From NCBI GenBank assembly GCA_035635575.1, contig DASQAV010000031.1, forward strand, positions 1,527-65,526: a DNA stretch of 64,000 nucleotides. Direction: 5' to 3'. The translations under genes were made by a program, and so were the position numbers. Within the stretch, counting starts at the first letter, position 1; the number at the start of each line of letters is the position of its first letter. The notes below the pieces were generated by a model that saw nothing but the letters and a program-made list of their open reading frames with translations, ran no database searches and had not been told where the DNA came from. Origin of the DNA: Candidatus Dormiibacterota bacterium. GTDB taxonomy: Bacteria > Eisenbacteria > RBG-16-71-46 > SZUA-252. This document shows, in pieces, positions 18,332 to 27,841 of the stretch.

Positions 18332-19525
18332 TCAGGCCGCCTTTCGGAGCCGAGATTCGGTCAGTTCCTTGGCCAGCGTTCGCGCGTCCTTGAAGTCCCG
18401 TACGCTCTGGAGCGGCAGATCGAGAAGGTGCCGGTTCGCCACGAGCAGCGTGACGAAGTTGAGCGCCGCCGCCACGACCTGCATCGGTGGAACCAGGAAG
18501 GCATCGAGCAGCTGCTCGCCTTCCGTGGCGACCCACTCGAATTCCTTCCGCAGACGCCCCGTGAAGCTCTCGGAAAAGAGGGTGGTCACCGGGGGAACGC
18601 CGTTGGCCGGGCGGCTTCCGACTCCCTGGCGCGAGATGATCGCCATGATCGTCGGCGTTCCCGAGTTGGCGAAGAGGAACCAGGAAAGGCTCCGGATCCC
18701 GAGCCACGTGGTGCCGGCGATCGCCAGCGTGCCCACGATGCCAAGCTCGAAGTTCCCCGAGGTGTGCTGCGCGAACCAGGGAACCAGGGCGTCGACGAAT
18801 TCGCGATAGAGGAACACCACCTCGACGAACATGGCCACCAGCTCGACCACTCCGATCTTCACGATCGTGGGCCAGTCCTTCGAACGGACGGCCGCCGTGA
18901 ACGTGGAGAGCACGGCGTAGCTTCCGAGCACGATGAAGAACATGAAGAGGAAGAGGGGGATCCGCACCGCCGCTTCCGTCATCTCCGTTCCCGCGAGATT
19001 GGAGAGCGTGTCGATGACGAGCGACGTCATCACGTACGTGAAGATCGTCGCCTCGAACACGCACCAGAAGAAGGTCATCCCCACGGCGATCCAGGGAACG
19101 CCCGGCTGCAGGGCGTTGGCGCTGACGTTCCGGATCAGGCGAAGCGGCAGGAGGACCAGCTCCTGGACGAGCGCCCAGACGCCCATGACCAGAATCTGGA
19201 CCGCACCCATGAGCGAGATCACGAGCCGGAGCATGAAGCGCAGCGCGCCGCCCCAGAAGGTGAAGGTGGCCCGCGCCAGGTCCCACCACGTGACCAGAAT
19301 CTGGTTCACGAACATGCGGCGCTTCGCGCGAACCACGATGGTCGGAACGCTGAGCACGGTGGTCCAGTACGCGAGGACGACGGCGCCGAGCGGCATGACG
19401 AGGAAGATCCGCTTCAGCATCATGAGCCAGACCGGGTCTCCCGCACCCCACACGAAGGCAAAGGCGTTGCTCCAGGGTTGCCATAGCGCGATGGTTTCGA
19501 TCCAGAACTGCGCTTCTGGGCTCAT
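18332..19525 (-). CDS. hypothetical polytopic membrane protein, translationally coupled to the downstream vWA gene
   Basis: 397 aa from MSPEAQFWIETIALW, preceded by an AAAGGA RBS. About 8 TM helices. The first 107 aa of the ORF-track translation are Arg-rich non-coding sequence. Its stop lies 2 nt from the vWA start. Confidence 0.65.
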   Translation of the reverse strand: MSPEAQFWIETIALWQPWSNAFAFVWGAGDPVWLMMLKRIFLVMPLGAVVLAYWTTVLSVPTIVVRAKRRMFVNQILVTWWDLARATFTFWGGALRFMLRLVISLMGAVQILVMGVWALVQELVLLPLRLIRNVSANALQPGVPWIAVGMTFFWCVFEATIFTYVMTSLVIDTLSNLAGTEMTEAAVRIPLFLFMFFIVLGSYAVLSTFTAAVRSKDWPTIVKIGVVELVAMFVEVVFLYREFVDALVPWFAQHTSGNFELGIVGTLAIAGTTWLGIRSLSWFLFANSGTPTIMAIISRQGVGSRPANGVPPVTTLFSESFTGRLRKEFEWVATEGEQLLDAFLVPPMQVVAAALNFVTLLVANRHLLDLPLQSVRDFKDARTLAKELTESRLRKAA

Positions 19526-19820
19526 TTGGATATCCTTTCCGATTAGGAGGTCCTGACGCCTGTTTATCGGCGGCTCCCGGCGCTCTCTTAACCTTCGCGC
19601 GCAGAAAAGGGGAACGGTGGCCGGAGAGCGCCTAAGCTCATGCGCGGACTTCTCCTCGGGCCGGCCCGGCTCCTCCCGCGAGGCTCGGTGAGGATCACCC
19701 CGATCGCGCTCACGAAAGGCGCTGATCGGGCCCGCGGAAGGTGCTAGAGTGAGCGGTCGAAGTGCGGGGTGGGTGAGGCGGGCCCGAACGTTCCCAGAAC
19801 ACTCCAAGTGATTCGCCCGG

Positions 19821-22001
19821 ATGGTGCTTCCAGCACGAATCCTCACATTTGCGTTCGCTCTTCTGGCCGCGTTGCTCCTCGTGGCCGTGCCCGCGGCTCA
19901 CGCCAGCACCCCTTCCTTCGAGTTCGTCTCTCCCGTCCCCGGCTCGACCCTGGTCCTTCCCGAGACGAACATCATCCTTCGTCCCGGAGGAATCGTGGAC
20001 GCGTCGTCGATCTTCGGCGGGGCGCTCTTTCAGGTCAGCGGATCCAGCTCCGGCTCCCATGAGGGCCGGATCCGCCTCTCGGACGACGGGCAAACCCTGA
20101 CGTTTCAGCCCGACCGGCCCTTCTCCTATGGAGAGGAAGTAACGTGCGTCGCCGGATCGGGTCTCTGGACCGACACGCGAGGGCTCGTTCTCCCCGGCCG
20201 GTTCACCTTCACGATCGCCGGTCCCGAGCATGAGAGCGTCCGCGATTTCGTGCCTCCTTTCGAGGACGGAGCGGACGCACCCTCCACGTTCTCGGGAGGC
20301 TCACTCCCGCCGCGGGCGGGGGCGCTGGCGGAATCCTTGCCCGCCGATTTCCCCAACATCCGGGCCTCCGTGTATGGGACGCCCGCTCCCGGACGTCTCT
20401 TCGTCACCGACCTCCACTTCAACGTCGCTGGAATTCGCTTTCCCTCCTATCTCATGATTCTCGAGAACAACGGGAATCCCTATTTCTACCGGCAGCTCTC
20501 GTGGACCGCTCTCGATTTCAAGATGCAGCCGAACGGGAAGCTGACGTATTTCGACGGGGACGCTCGGGCATTCTATGAGCTGAACGCCCACTACGATGTG
20601 GTGGACAGCTTCCGCTGCGGGAACGGCTACACGACCGACAGCCACGATCTCGTTCTCCTCCCCAACGGCCACGCGCTCCTCATGGCGTACGACACGCAGA
20701 TCATCGACATGAGCCTGATCGCCCCCGGTGGGAGGTTCGGCGCCCGCGTGATCGGCCTCATCATCCAGGAGCTGGACCAGCAGAAGAATGTCGTGTTCCA
20801 GTGGCGCAGCTGGGATCACTTCGAGATCACGGACATATGGGATCAGACCCTCCTCGCCCGCTCGGTCGTCGATTACGCGCACGGCAACTCGATCGCCGCC
20901 GATCCCCAGGGCAATCTCATCATCTCCTCGCGCCACATGAGCGAGGTGACGAAGATCAGCCGGAGCACGGGAGAAATCTTATGGAGGATGGGAGGGAGGA
21001 AGAACCAGTTCACGTTCGTCAATGATCCGATTCCGGTCTCCTATCAGCACGATGCCAAGCTGCTGCCGAACGGACATCTGACCCTATTCGACAACGGGAA
21101 CTATCATGTGCCGCAATTCTCCAGGGCGGTGGAATACGCGATCGACGAGACGGAGCGGACCGCGACTTTGGTATGGCAGTACCGGCTCCAGCCGGACGTG
21201 TTCGGACGCCTGGTCGGCTCGGTCCAGCGGCTTCCCAACGGCAACACGCTGATCTGCTGGGGAGCAACGAGCCCCTCGGCCACCGAGGTCGCGCCCGACG
21301 GGTCCATCGTCTGGGACCTGCGGTTCGACGAGAACGTCACGACCTATCGCGCGTTCCGGTTCGAGTGGCCGCCGGTGAGGCCCGCCACGATCGCGTTGAA
21401 TCCCACCACGTTGACCCTGAGCGCGCGGGCCACCCTTCTGGCCGCGGAGATCAGGCCGGCGGACTCGACCTTCGTCGCGGCCGACGTTGATCCCTACAGC
21501 GCGCGGCTCAACGGGACGGTCCCCCCGGACTCCTCGAGCGTGAAATGGGGCTACGCGCCGGGGGATTCTCTGAAGCTCAATCCCACGGACGTGACCGTGA
21601 GATTCCCTCGGGCCCCGTTGGATCCGTATCTCGTCGTCGGCCTCGACAAGCTCGTGGTCACCGGATCGCTGAACACAGGGGAGCTGTTCCGGGGCATCGG
21701 AGAGATCCGTGTGTATCCTCCCCTCAGGGTGAGACCGGCTCCGTCGGGCTCGCTCCGGCTCGAATCGACGCCGGGAGTCCTGCCGGTCTCGCTCGCCGCG
21801 CCCGCCCGGGCGCGCACCCTGGCCGCGTACGACGTGCAGGGGCGGCTGGTGAAGCGCTGGCAGATCTCGCCTCAAAGCGCGGGCCGCGCCACCTGGGACG
21901 GCCGTGCATCGAGCGGACGCGCGGTCGGCTCCGGTGTGTACCTGATCCGTGTGGAAGACGGAGTTCCCGGTCCCGCGCTGAAAGTCGTGATCGTCCGCTA
22001 G
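19821..22001 (+). CDS. secreted arylsulfotransferase (ASST)-like beta-propeller protein with a T9SS-type C-terminal sorting domain
   Basis: Signal peptide MVLPARILTFAFALLAALLLVAVPAAHA. Repeated LLPNGH.L / HGNSI / ILWRMGG blade-like motifs that I associate with the ASST family. C-terminus ...GSGVYLIRVEDGVPGPALKVVIVR. Confidence 0.6.
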   Translation: MVLPARILTFAFALLAALLLVAVPAAHASTPSFEFVSPVPGSTLVLPETNIILRPGGIVDASSIFGGALFQVSGSSSGSHEGRIRLSDDGQTLTFQPDRPFSYGEEVTCVAGSGLWTDTRGLVLPGRFTFTIAGPEHESVRDFVPPFEDGADAPSTFSGGSLPPRAGALAESLPADFPNIRASVYGTPAPGRLFVTDLHFNVAGIRFPSYLMILENNGNPYFYRQLSWTALDFKMQPNGKLTYFDGDARAFYELNAHYDVVDSFRCGNGYTTDSHDLVLLPNGHALLMAYDTQIIDMSLIAPGGRFGARVIGLIIQELDQQKNVVFQWRSWDHFEITDIWDQTLLARSVVDYAHGNSIAADPQGNLIISSRHMSEVTKISRSTGEILWRMGGRKNQFTFVNDPIPVSYQHDAKLLPNGHLTLFDNGNYHVPQFSRAVEYAIDETERTATLVWQYRLQPDVFGRLVGSVQRLPNGNTLICWGATSPSATEVAPDGSIVWDLRFDENVTTYRAFRFEWPPVRPATIALNPTTLTLSARATLLAAEIRPADSTFVAADVDPYSARLNGTVPPDSSSVKWGYAPGDSLKLNPTDVTVRFPRAPLDPYLVVGLDKLVVTGSLNTGELFRGIGEIRVYPPLRVRPAPSGSLRLESTPGVLPVSLAAPARARTLAAYDVQGRLVKRWQISPQSAGRATWDGRASSGRAVGSGVYLIRVEDGVPGPALKVVIVR

Positions 22002-22226
22002 TCTCCTCGTCTCCCTCGCTCCGCCGCTCGTCGCCACTCTCTTCGCTCGCGATGCGCCCTGCAACGAATCGCGGGGTGCGTGCAATTCGCAAGTTCGCAG
22101 TAGCCGCAACGACCCCATGGTCATCGCGCCGTTCCTCTCCGTGGCCTCTTCCTTGCTCAATTCCTGATCGGGAAGCCAAACCGCCCCTCGAATGCGTGGG
22201 GCGCCATGCTCCCTAAGGAGAGCACC

Positions 22227-24401
22227 ATGAAACGCTCGATGGCTCGGTTGCTGGCCTCCAGATTGTGCGTCGTGCTTTGCGCCGTGGTCGGCTCGATGGC
22301 TCTTTCCAGCCTGGCCTATGCGAACAGCGCCCCAGTTCTGAATCCGATCGCGGATCAGGCGGTGGAGCGCGGTGGTGAGATGTCGGTCGAGATCGACGCC
22401 TCGGATCCGGATGGCGATGCCGTTTCCATCACGCCGTCCGGCCTGCCGGCGTACGGATATTTCGAGGACATGGGCGGAGGAATCGCCTACCTCACCGTGA
22501 TTCCTCCGGTGGATGAGCCGCCCAGCCTCTTTCAGGTGACCATGACGGCCTCGGATGGCCAGCTCTCCTCATCCCAGACCTTCACGCTCAAGGTGTATCC
22601 GGCCGGGAACCCGAACGCGCCGGCGATGGCGTCGGTCGCGAACACGACGGTCGCGGAAGGGCAGACCTCGAGCGTCAGCGTGTCGGCCGCCGACGCGGAT
22701 CAGAATGTGGTCATGCTCAGCGCCTCGCTGCCGGCGTTCGCTTCGCTGACGCAGACGGGGAGTGGCCCCGGCTCGGCTTCCGGGAGCGTGGACCTCAGTC
22801 CCGGCTATTGCGCTTCGGGAAGCTACGCCGCCAGCGTCACCGCTTCGGACGGGGCCTGGACGGACACGAAGACCTTCACCGTCTATGTGACGGATGTGAA
22901 TCGCGCGCCCGCGTGGCCGGGCGGCGGATACGTGATGGCACTGAGCGAGGGATCCTCGGCCAATCTGAACGTGAGCGCCTCCGATCCCGATCAGGCGTGC
23001 GGATCGGCGGCTCCGTCGCTGGTCCTCGTGAGCGCGCCGTCGGCGCTCACCGTCTCGCTGACCAATCAGGGCGGCGGCTCGGGCCAGCTCCACGTCGCGG
23101 GCGGTTATGACGCGGCGGGAACCTATCAGGTAACGCTGCGGGCGGTCGACGCGACGAACGCGTCCTTGACCGCGGACGTTTCGGTGCAGGTGACGGTCGC
23201 GAACACGAACCGCGCGCCGATGGCTTCGGCGGGCGGGCCCTACACGGGAGTGATGGGCACGGACGTGAGCATGAGCGGAAGCGGATCGTCGGATCCCGAT
23301 GGGGACGCGCTCTCCTATGCGTGGGCCTACGGTGACGGCTACACCGGCACCGGCGCGACGACGAGCCACGCCTACGCGGCGGGCGGCACGTACAACGTGT
23401 GCCTCACCGTGACGGACAACGGCACGCCCGCCATGAGCCACACCTCGTGCACGACGGCGATGGTGCAGCGCCTGAACCGCGCTCCGGTCGCGTCGGCGGG
23501 TGGACCCTATACGGGCATGGCCGGCGCCGTCCTCAGCATGAGCAGCGCGGGCTCTTCGGATCCTGACGGCGACCTGTTCACGTGCGCGTGGACGTTCGGC
23601 GACGGCGGAACGGGCGCCGGACCTACGCCCGGCCATACCTACGCGGCCGCGGGCACCTACACCGTGAGCGTCACGGTGACGGATGCCGGCGCGCCGAGCA
23701 TGAGCAATACGGACTCGACCACCGCGACGATCGCGGACATCCGCCCCACCACGTTCCCAGCCCAGGTGACGTGCACCAAGTCCAAGGTGAATCTGAACGC
23801 GAACGGACAGCACCACATCTTCAAGATCGAGCCGATGACCGGGAGCTTCGCCGTGCGGGACGTGAACCTGACCTCGGTCGTCATGAAGAACGGCGCGCTC
23901 CAGGCGTCCGCCGCCTTCTGCTGCCTCGTGCGGGACAACGAGAAACACAAGGGCCCGGCCCCGATGGTGGTCATGGCCTACTACACCAACGCTTCTCTCG
24001 TCACGCTCTTCGACTCCGCCCCGTTGGGAAGGAGCATGGTCACGGTGACCCTCGAGGGCACGCTCTCGACCGGCGGCAAGCTCGTCGGTGACGTCACGCT
24101 GCTGATCAAGAAGGAGCCGGACGGCCAGCAGGGCGTCTCGGTGTCGCCGAACCCCTTCAATCCTCAGGCGACGATGAGTCTCTATATGCCGGAGCGCGGC
24201 ACCGCCCGGGTGAGGCTCTACGATGCGAGCGGCCGTCTCGTCCGGACGCTGATGGACGATTCGGATGCCGCCGCGGGCTACCACTACCTGACCCTCGACG
24301 GCCGCACTCAGAGCGGCGCGAAGATGGCGTCGGGTGTGTATTACTACCGTGTCGAAACGAGCGCCGGGATGACGAGAGGGCAAGTCACGCTCATGAAGTA
24401 A
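22227..24401 (+). CDS. secreted protein with He_PIG/cadherin-like Ig domains, two PKD domains and a T9SS-type C-terminal sorting domain
   Basis: AAGGAG RBS before the ATG at 22227. Signal peptide MKRSMARLLASRLCVVLCAVVGSMALSSLAYA. PKD signatures (SGSGSSDPDGDALSYAWAYGDGYTGTG...HAYAAGGTYNVCLTVTDNG and again ...FTCAWTFGDGGTGAG...YTVSVTVTD). C-terminus ...ASGVYYYRVETSAGMTRGQVTLMK. Confidence 0.8.
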   Translation: MKRSMARLLASRLCVVLCAVVGSMALSSLAYANSAPVLNPIADQAVERGGEMSVEIDASDPDGDAVSITPSGLPAYGYFEDMGGGIAYLTVIPPVDEPPSLFQVTMTASDGQLSSSQTFTLKVYPAGNPNAPAMASVANTTVAEGQTSSVSVSAADADQNVVMLSASLPAFASLTQTGSGPGSASGSVDLSPGYCASGSYAASVTASDGAWTDTKTFTVYVTDVNRAPAWPGGGYVMALSEGSSANLNVSASDPDQACGSAAPSLVLVSAPSALTVSLTNQGGGSGQLHVAGGYDAAGTYQVTLRAVDATNASLTADVSVQVTVANTNRAPMASAGGPYTGVMGTDVSMSGSGSSDPDGDALSYAWAYGDGYTGTGATTSHAYAAGGTYNVCLTVTDNGTPAMSHTSCTTAMVQRLNRAPVASAGGPYTGMAGAVLSMSSAGSSDPDGDLFTCAWTFGDGGTGAGPTPGHTYAAAGTYTVSVTVTDAGAPSMSNTDSTTATIADIRPTTFPAQVTCTKSKVNLNANGQHHIFKIEPMTGSFAVRDVNLTSVVMKNGALQASAAFCCLVRDNEKHKGPAPMVVMAYYTNASLVTLFDSAPLGRSMVTVTLEGTLSTGGKLVGDVTLLIKKEPDGQQGVSVSPNPFNPQATMSLYMPERGTARVRLYDASGRLVRTLMDDSDAAAGYHYLTLDGRTQSGAKMASGVYYYRVETSAGMTRGQVTLMK

Positions 24402-24427
24402 GCGGCGCGGCCAGAAAGACTGCAATC

Positions 24428-24464
24428 GGGGCCCCGGCGGCGACGCCGGGGCCTCTTCGTTTCC
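24428..24464 (+). terminator. rho-independent terminator downstream of the PKD protein gene
   Basis: GC hairpin GGCCCCGGCG-gcga-CGCCGGGGCC, followed by TCTTCGTTTCC. Confidence 0.6.
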
Positions 24465-24589
24465 GCCCCTCACCGGCGGAATCAACGCCTGGGCCGAGAA
24501 TGTGGATCCCACCATCCCGAGGTATTGATCGAACACGCGAGCATGGTGACGCTCCTACCCTTCCGCGATTTGAGCTAAGATCGCGCGGT

Positions 24590-26497
24590 ATGGGGAGACT
24601 GGGCACAGGGTGGGGATGGGCCGTGGCGGGGCTGGTCCTGCTTCTGAATCTTCTTCCCGCGCCCGGCGCAGCCGGCGCGGAGAAGCGCGTCATCACCCGG
24701 GCCGCCGATCTCCCCCGCCTCAACTTCCGCGGCCGGAAGAACGCCGACTACTTGACGGTCTCGCCCGATGACTTCGCGCCCCTCGCGGCCGCGGTGCGCG
24801 AGCACATCGAGGGCATCTTCCGGGACTACTACATCGCCGACTGGGCGACCCTCAAGGACCTCCACACCATCCTCGCGCATCTGGATCTTCTGGAGGGAAA
24901 CGATCCGGGAGTCCTGGAGCACGTGGGCGTCGCGCGGCGTCTCGAGAGGAAGACCGACGAGAAATACCTCGGAGTCACCTTCTACGGGGAAGTCATCGCG
25001 AAGTCACGGAAGGACGCGGGATCCGGGTCCGGCGACACGTTCCTAGAAGTATTCCGATACAACTTGAGGGATGCCCTGGCCGCGATGCCCTGGGACGACG
25101 TCCGCCAGGCTATCGTCAAGGATCGGGCGCTCCTCGATCTGTCGGACGAGCATCACATCCCTCCCTGGATCCGGACGCAAGGCGAGCAGCCCCAGGACGG
25201 CGGCGCGATCTCGCTCGACTACGCCAATGAGCTCATCTTCGACCGGGTGCTCCTGCGCCTGATCGTGCCCCTGAAGGGCGAATTCATGCAGGCGTTCGAC
25301 CGTCTGGCCGCGGCGCACCGGACGGAGGATCCGAGGGCGGCGCTCCCGGTGAACATCTGGAGATCGCGATCGGTCACCCTGTCCGAGGGGGAGAAGCTCT
25401 CTCCGGTCGTCCTCGCGATCTGGGACTCGGGCGTCGACACCTCGGTCTTTCCCGATCGCCTCTTCGTGAACCGGCGAGAGAAGGCGAACGGCAAGGACAA
25501 CGACGGAAACGGCTTTGTGAGCGATGTGAATGGAATCGGATTCCGATTCGACGGCGCGAAAACCCCCGAGCTCTATTTCCCGATCGACCAGGACGACCGG
25601 CAGCTGCTTCAGGCGCAGCGTGCGCGGGCGCGCGGAGCCTCCGATTTCTACTCCGGCGCGGACACCCCCGAGGCGCGCGCCTACAGGCGGGGGGTCGAGC
25701 AGGGCGCGGACTCGTTGTATTCGGACGAGGCCGGCTCGCGACTCCGGAGCCATACGCACGGCACGGAGGTGGCCGACATCGCGCTCGCGGGAAATCCCGC
25801 CGCGCGGCTCCTGGTCGTTCGGCAGAGCTTCCGCGATGAGGACGGCAGCGCCTCGGTCCAGAGCATCCAGTGGTGGCGCCAGTTCGCGCTCAACGCGCTC
25901 GCGATCGTCCAGTACTGCAAGGCCCATCGCGTGCGCGTCGTGAACATGAGCTGGACCCTTTCCATGCCTCAATGGGGAGGTCTGGGAATCCAGGCCGACG
26001 AGGCGGACCGGTGGGCGCGCGAGTGCTTCACGGTCGTCAAGCGCGGGCTGGCCACGGCCATGCAGGCCGCGCCGGAGATTCTCTTCGTCGCCGCCGCGGG
26101 GAATACGAACCAGAACGCCGCGTTCGCCGAAGCCATTCCGCCCTCGCTCGTGCTACCGAATCTCATCACCGTGGGCGCCGTGGACCAGTCGGGACATGCC
26201 ACTGATTTCACCAGTTTCGGCAAGACGGTGACGCTCTACGCCAACGGCAAATCGCTCGAGGCCCGCATCCCCGGAGGCGATCTCATGACCGTCTCGGGCA
26301 CGTCGCTGGCCGCGCCCCAGGTGACCAATCTCGCGGCGAAGCTCTTCGCCATCGACCCCTCGCTCAAGGTCTCCGAGGTGATCGAGCTGATCCGCCAGGG
26401 CGCGAGCACGAGCCCCGATGGAACCATCACGCTCATCAATCCCAAGCGCTCGGTCGTCCTGCTTGCGATCCGGAACGACAAGAAGGGACGGATGTGA
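24590..26497 (+). CDS. S8 family (subtilisin-like) serine peptidase
   Basis: Signal peptide MGRLGTGWGWAVAGLVLLLNLLPAPGAAGA. Catalytic-triad motifs AIWDSGVD (Asp), SHTHGTEVADIA (His) and GTSLAAPQVTNLAAK (Ser). Confidence 0.8.
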   Translation: MGRLGTGWGWAVAGLVLLLNLLPAPGAAGAEKRVITRAADLPRLNFRGRKNADYLTVSPDDFAPLAAAVREHIEGIFRDYYIADWATLKDLHTILAHLDLLEGNDPGVLEHVGVARRLERKTDEKYLGVTFYGEVIAKSRKDAGSGSGDTFLEVFRYNLRDALAAMPWDDVRQAIVKDRALLDLSDEHHIPPWIRTQGEQPQDGGAISLDYANELIFDRVLLRLIVPLKGEFMQAFDRLAAAHRTEDPRAALPVNIWRSRSVTLSEGEKLSPVVLAIWDSGVDTSVFPDRLFVNRREKANGKDNDGNGFVSDVNGIGFRFDGAKTPELYFPIDQDDRQLLQAQRARARGASDFYSGADTPEARAYRRGVEQGADSLYSDEAGSRLRSHTHGTEVADIALAGNPAARLLVVRQSFRDEDGSASVQSIQWWRQFALNALAIVQYCKAHRVRVVNMSWTLSMPQWGGLGIQADEADRWARECFTVVKRGLATAMQAAPEILFVAAAGNTNQNAAFAEAIPPSLVLPNLITVGAVDQSGHATDFTSFGKTVTLYANGKSLEARIPGGDLMTVSGTSLAAPQVTNLAAKLFAIDPSLKVSEVIELIRQGASTSPDGTITLINPKRSVVLLAIRNDKKGRM

Positions 26498-27807
26498 CCG
26501 TCCGAATGAGAGGGATCATGTTCTCGCGACTTCGTGTTCCTGTGCTCGCAGCGGTTCTGGCCATGGCACTCCCTTCGATGCTCGCCGCGGAGGACCCGAT
26601 CCCGCCGGCGAAACCGTTCGCCCCCGAGGTCTACAGCGCCCGGCGCGCGAAGCTCATGAAAGCGCTGGGTGGCGGGATCGCGGTGCTCTACGCCCGAGGC
26701 GAAGAGGACGCGGACGGCTACCGGCAGGACAGCGATTTCTATTACCTCACGGGGCTGGACGAGCCGGGTGCCGTGCTGGTGCTTGCGCCGGAGGAGCGTC
26801 TCTACAAGGAACGGCTCTTCCTCAAGCCACGGAATCCCGACGACGAGCGCTGGACCGGGGTGCGTCCGGACATCGGCGACTCCCTGCGCCACGCGACCGG
26901 GATCGACCGGATCTCGCGCGTTGGCTCCCTGGGCGGCGCGATGATGAGTCTTCTCCAGACCTCGACGACCCTCCAGATGATCAACGACCCGGGCGGGCCG
27001 GACGCTCCCACGACGCCCGAGATGGAGCTCTATGGAAAACTCTCCTCCCGGCTGCCCGGCGTGAGCATCAAGAACCGGACCGATCTCCTGCCGGCAATGC
27101 GCTCCGTGAAGGAGCCCCGCGAGCTGGACTCCATGGAGCGGGCCATCGCCGCCACGGTGGCCGCGCAACACGCCGCCGCGCGCGCGATCCATCCGGGAGT
27201 CGAGGAGAACTGGGTTGCGGGGCTGATCGACCTCGAGTTCAAGCGCGGGGGAGCGGTGCGGCCCGGCTTTCCGCCGATCGTGGGGTCCGGCGCGAACAGC
27301 ACCATCCTGCATTATCCGGAGCACAGCCGGACGATTGCGCCGGGGTCCCTGGTCGTGGTGGACATCGGCTCCGACTACGGCCACTACTCGGCGGACATCA
27401 CACGCACCTATCCGGCCGATGGACACTTCACGCCCGAGCAGCGGAAGGTCTACGAAGTGGTGCTTCGCGCGCAGCAGGAATGCATGGAGATGATCCGGCC
27501 CGGCGTCTACTACGAGGACCTTCACAAGAAGGCCGAGGACGTGATCCGCGCGGCCGGATACCGCGACTACTTCATCCATGGCCTGGGGCATTTCGTGGGG
27601 CTGGACGTCCATGACGCGGGCCTCTACAAGAAACCGCTGCAGGCCGGAATGGTCATCACGGTCGAGCCCGGCATCTACATTCCCGAGAAGTCCCTGGGCA
27701 TCCGCATCGAGGACCAGGTGCTGGTGACGCCGAAGGGCTATCGTCACCTGACGCAGGCACTCCCGCGCGATCCCGACGCCGTCGAGAGGATGATGCGCGG
27801 GGAGTAG
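26494..27807 (+). CDS. M24 family Xaa-Pro aminopeptidase (AMP_N + Peptidase_M24)
   Basis: Motifs VVDIGSDYGHYSADITRT, HGLGHFVGLDVHD and VITVEPGIYIPE. A signal-like N-terminus, MFSRLRVPVLAAVLAMALPSMLAAE. The start is ambiguous across 26494-26518. It overlaps the S8 gene stop (ATGTGA). Confidence 0.85.
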   Translation: MTVRMRGIMFSRLRVPVLAAVLAMALPSMLAAEDPIPPAKPFAPEVYSARRAKLMKALGGGIAVLYARGEEDADGYRQDSDFYYLTGLDEPGAVLVLAPEERLYKERLFLKPRNPDDERWTGVRPDIGDSLRHATGIDRISRVGSLGGAMMSLLQTSTTLQMINDPGGPDAPTTPEMELYGKLSSRLPGVSIKNRTDLLPAMRSVKEPRELDSMERAIAATVAAQHAAARAIHPGVEENWVAGLIDLEFKRGGAVRPGFPPIVGSGANSTILHYPEHSRTIAPGSLVVVDIGSDYGHYSADITRTYPADGHFTPEQRKVYEVVLRAQQECMEMIRPGVYYEDLHKKAEDVIRAAGYRDYFIHGLGHFVGLDVHDAGLYKKPLQAGMVITVEPGIYIPEKSLGIRIEDQVLVTPKGYRHLTQALPRDPDAVERMMRGE

Positions 27808-27841
27808 ACTGTAACGTGGCTGCCAGGAAGGACCCAGTGGG

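Noticed and set aside
17532-19484. Single 650-aa ORF in the track
   Set aside because: It splits into two genes: the vWA protein 17532..18329 and the membrane protein 18332..19525. The N-terminal ~107 aa of the membrane-protein frame and the join region are Arg-rich non-coding sequence. Each gene has its own RBS and start.
22002-22226. Short repeated TTCGCA / GCAACGA words and a partial palindrome (TGCAATTCGCA) in the intergenic region upstream of the PKD protein gene
   Set aside because: They are too short and degenerate to call an operator. No second copy was found elsewhere in the window.
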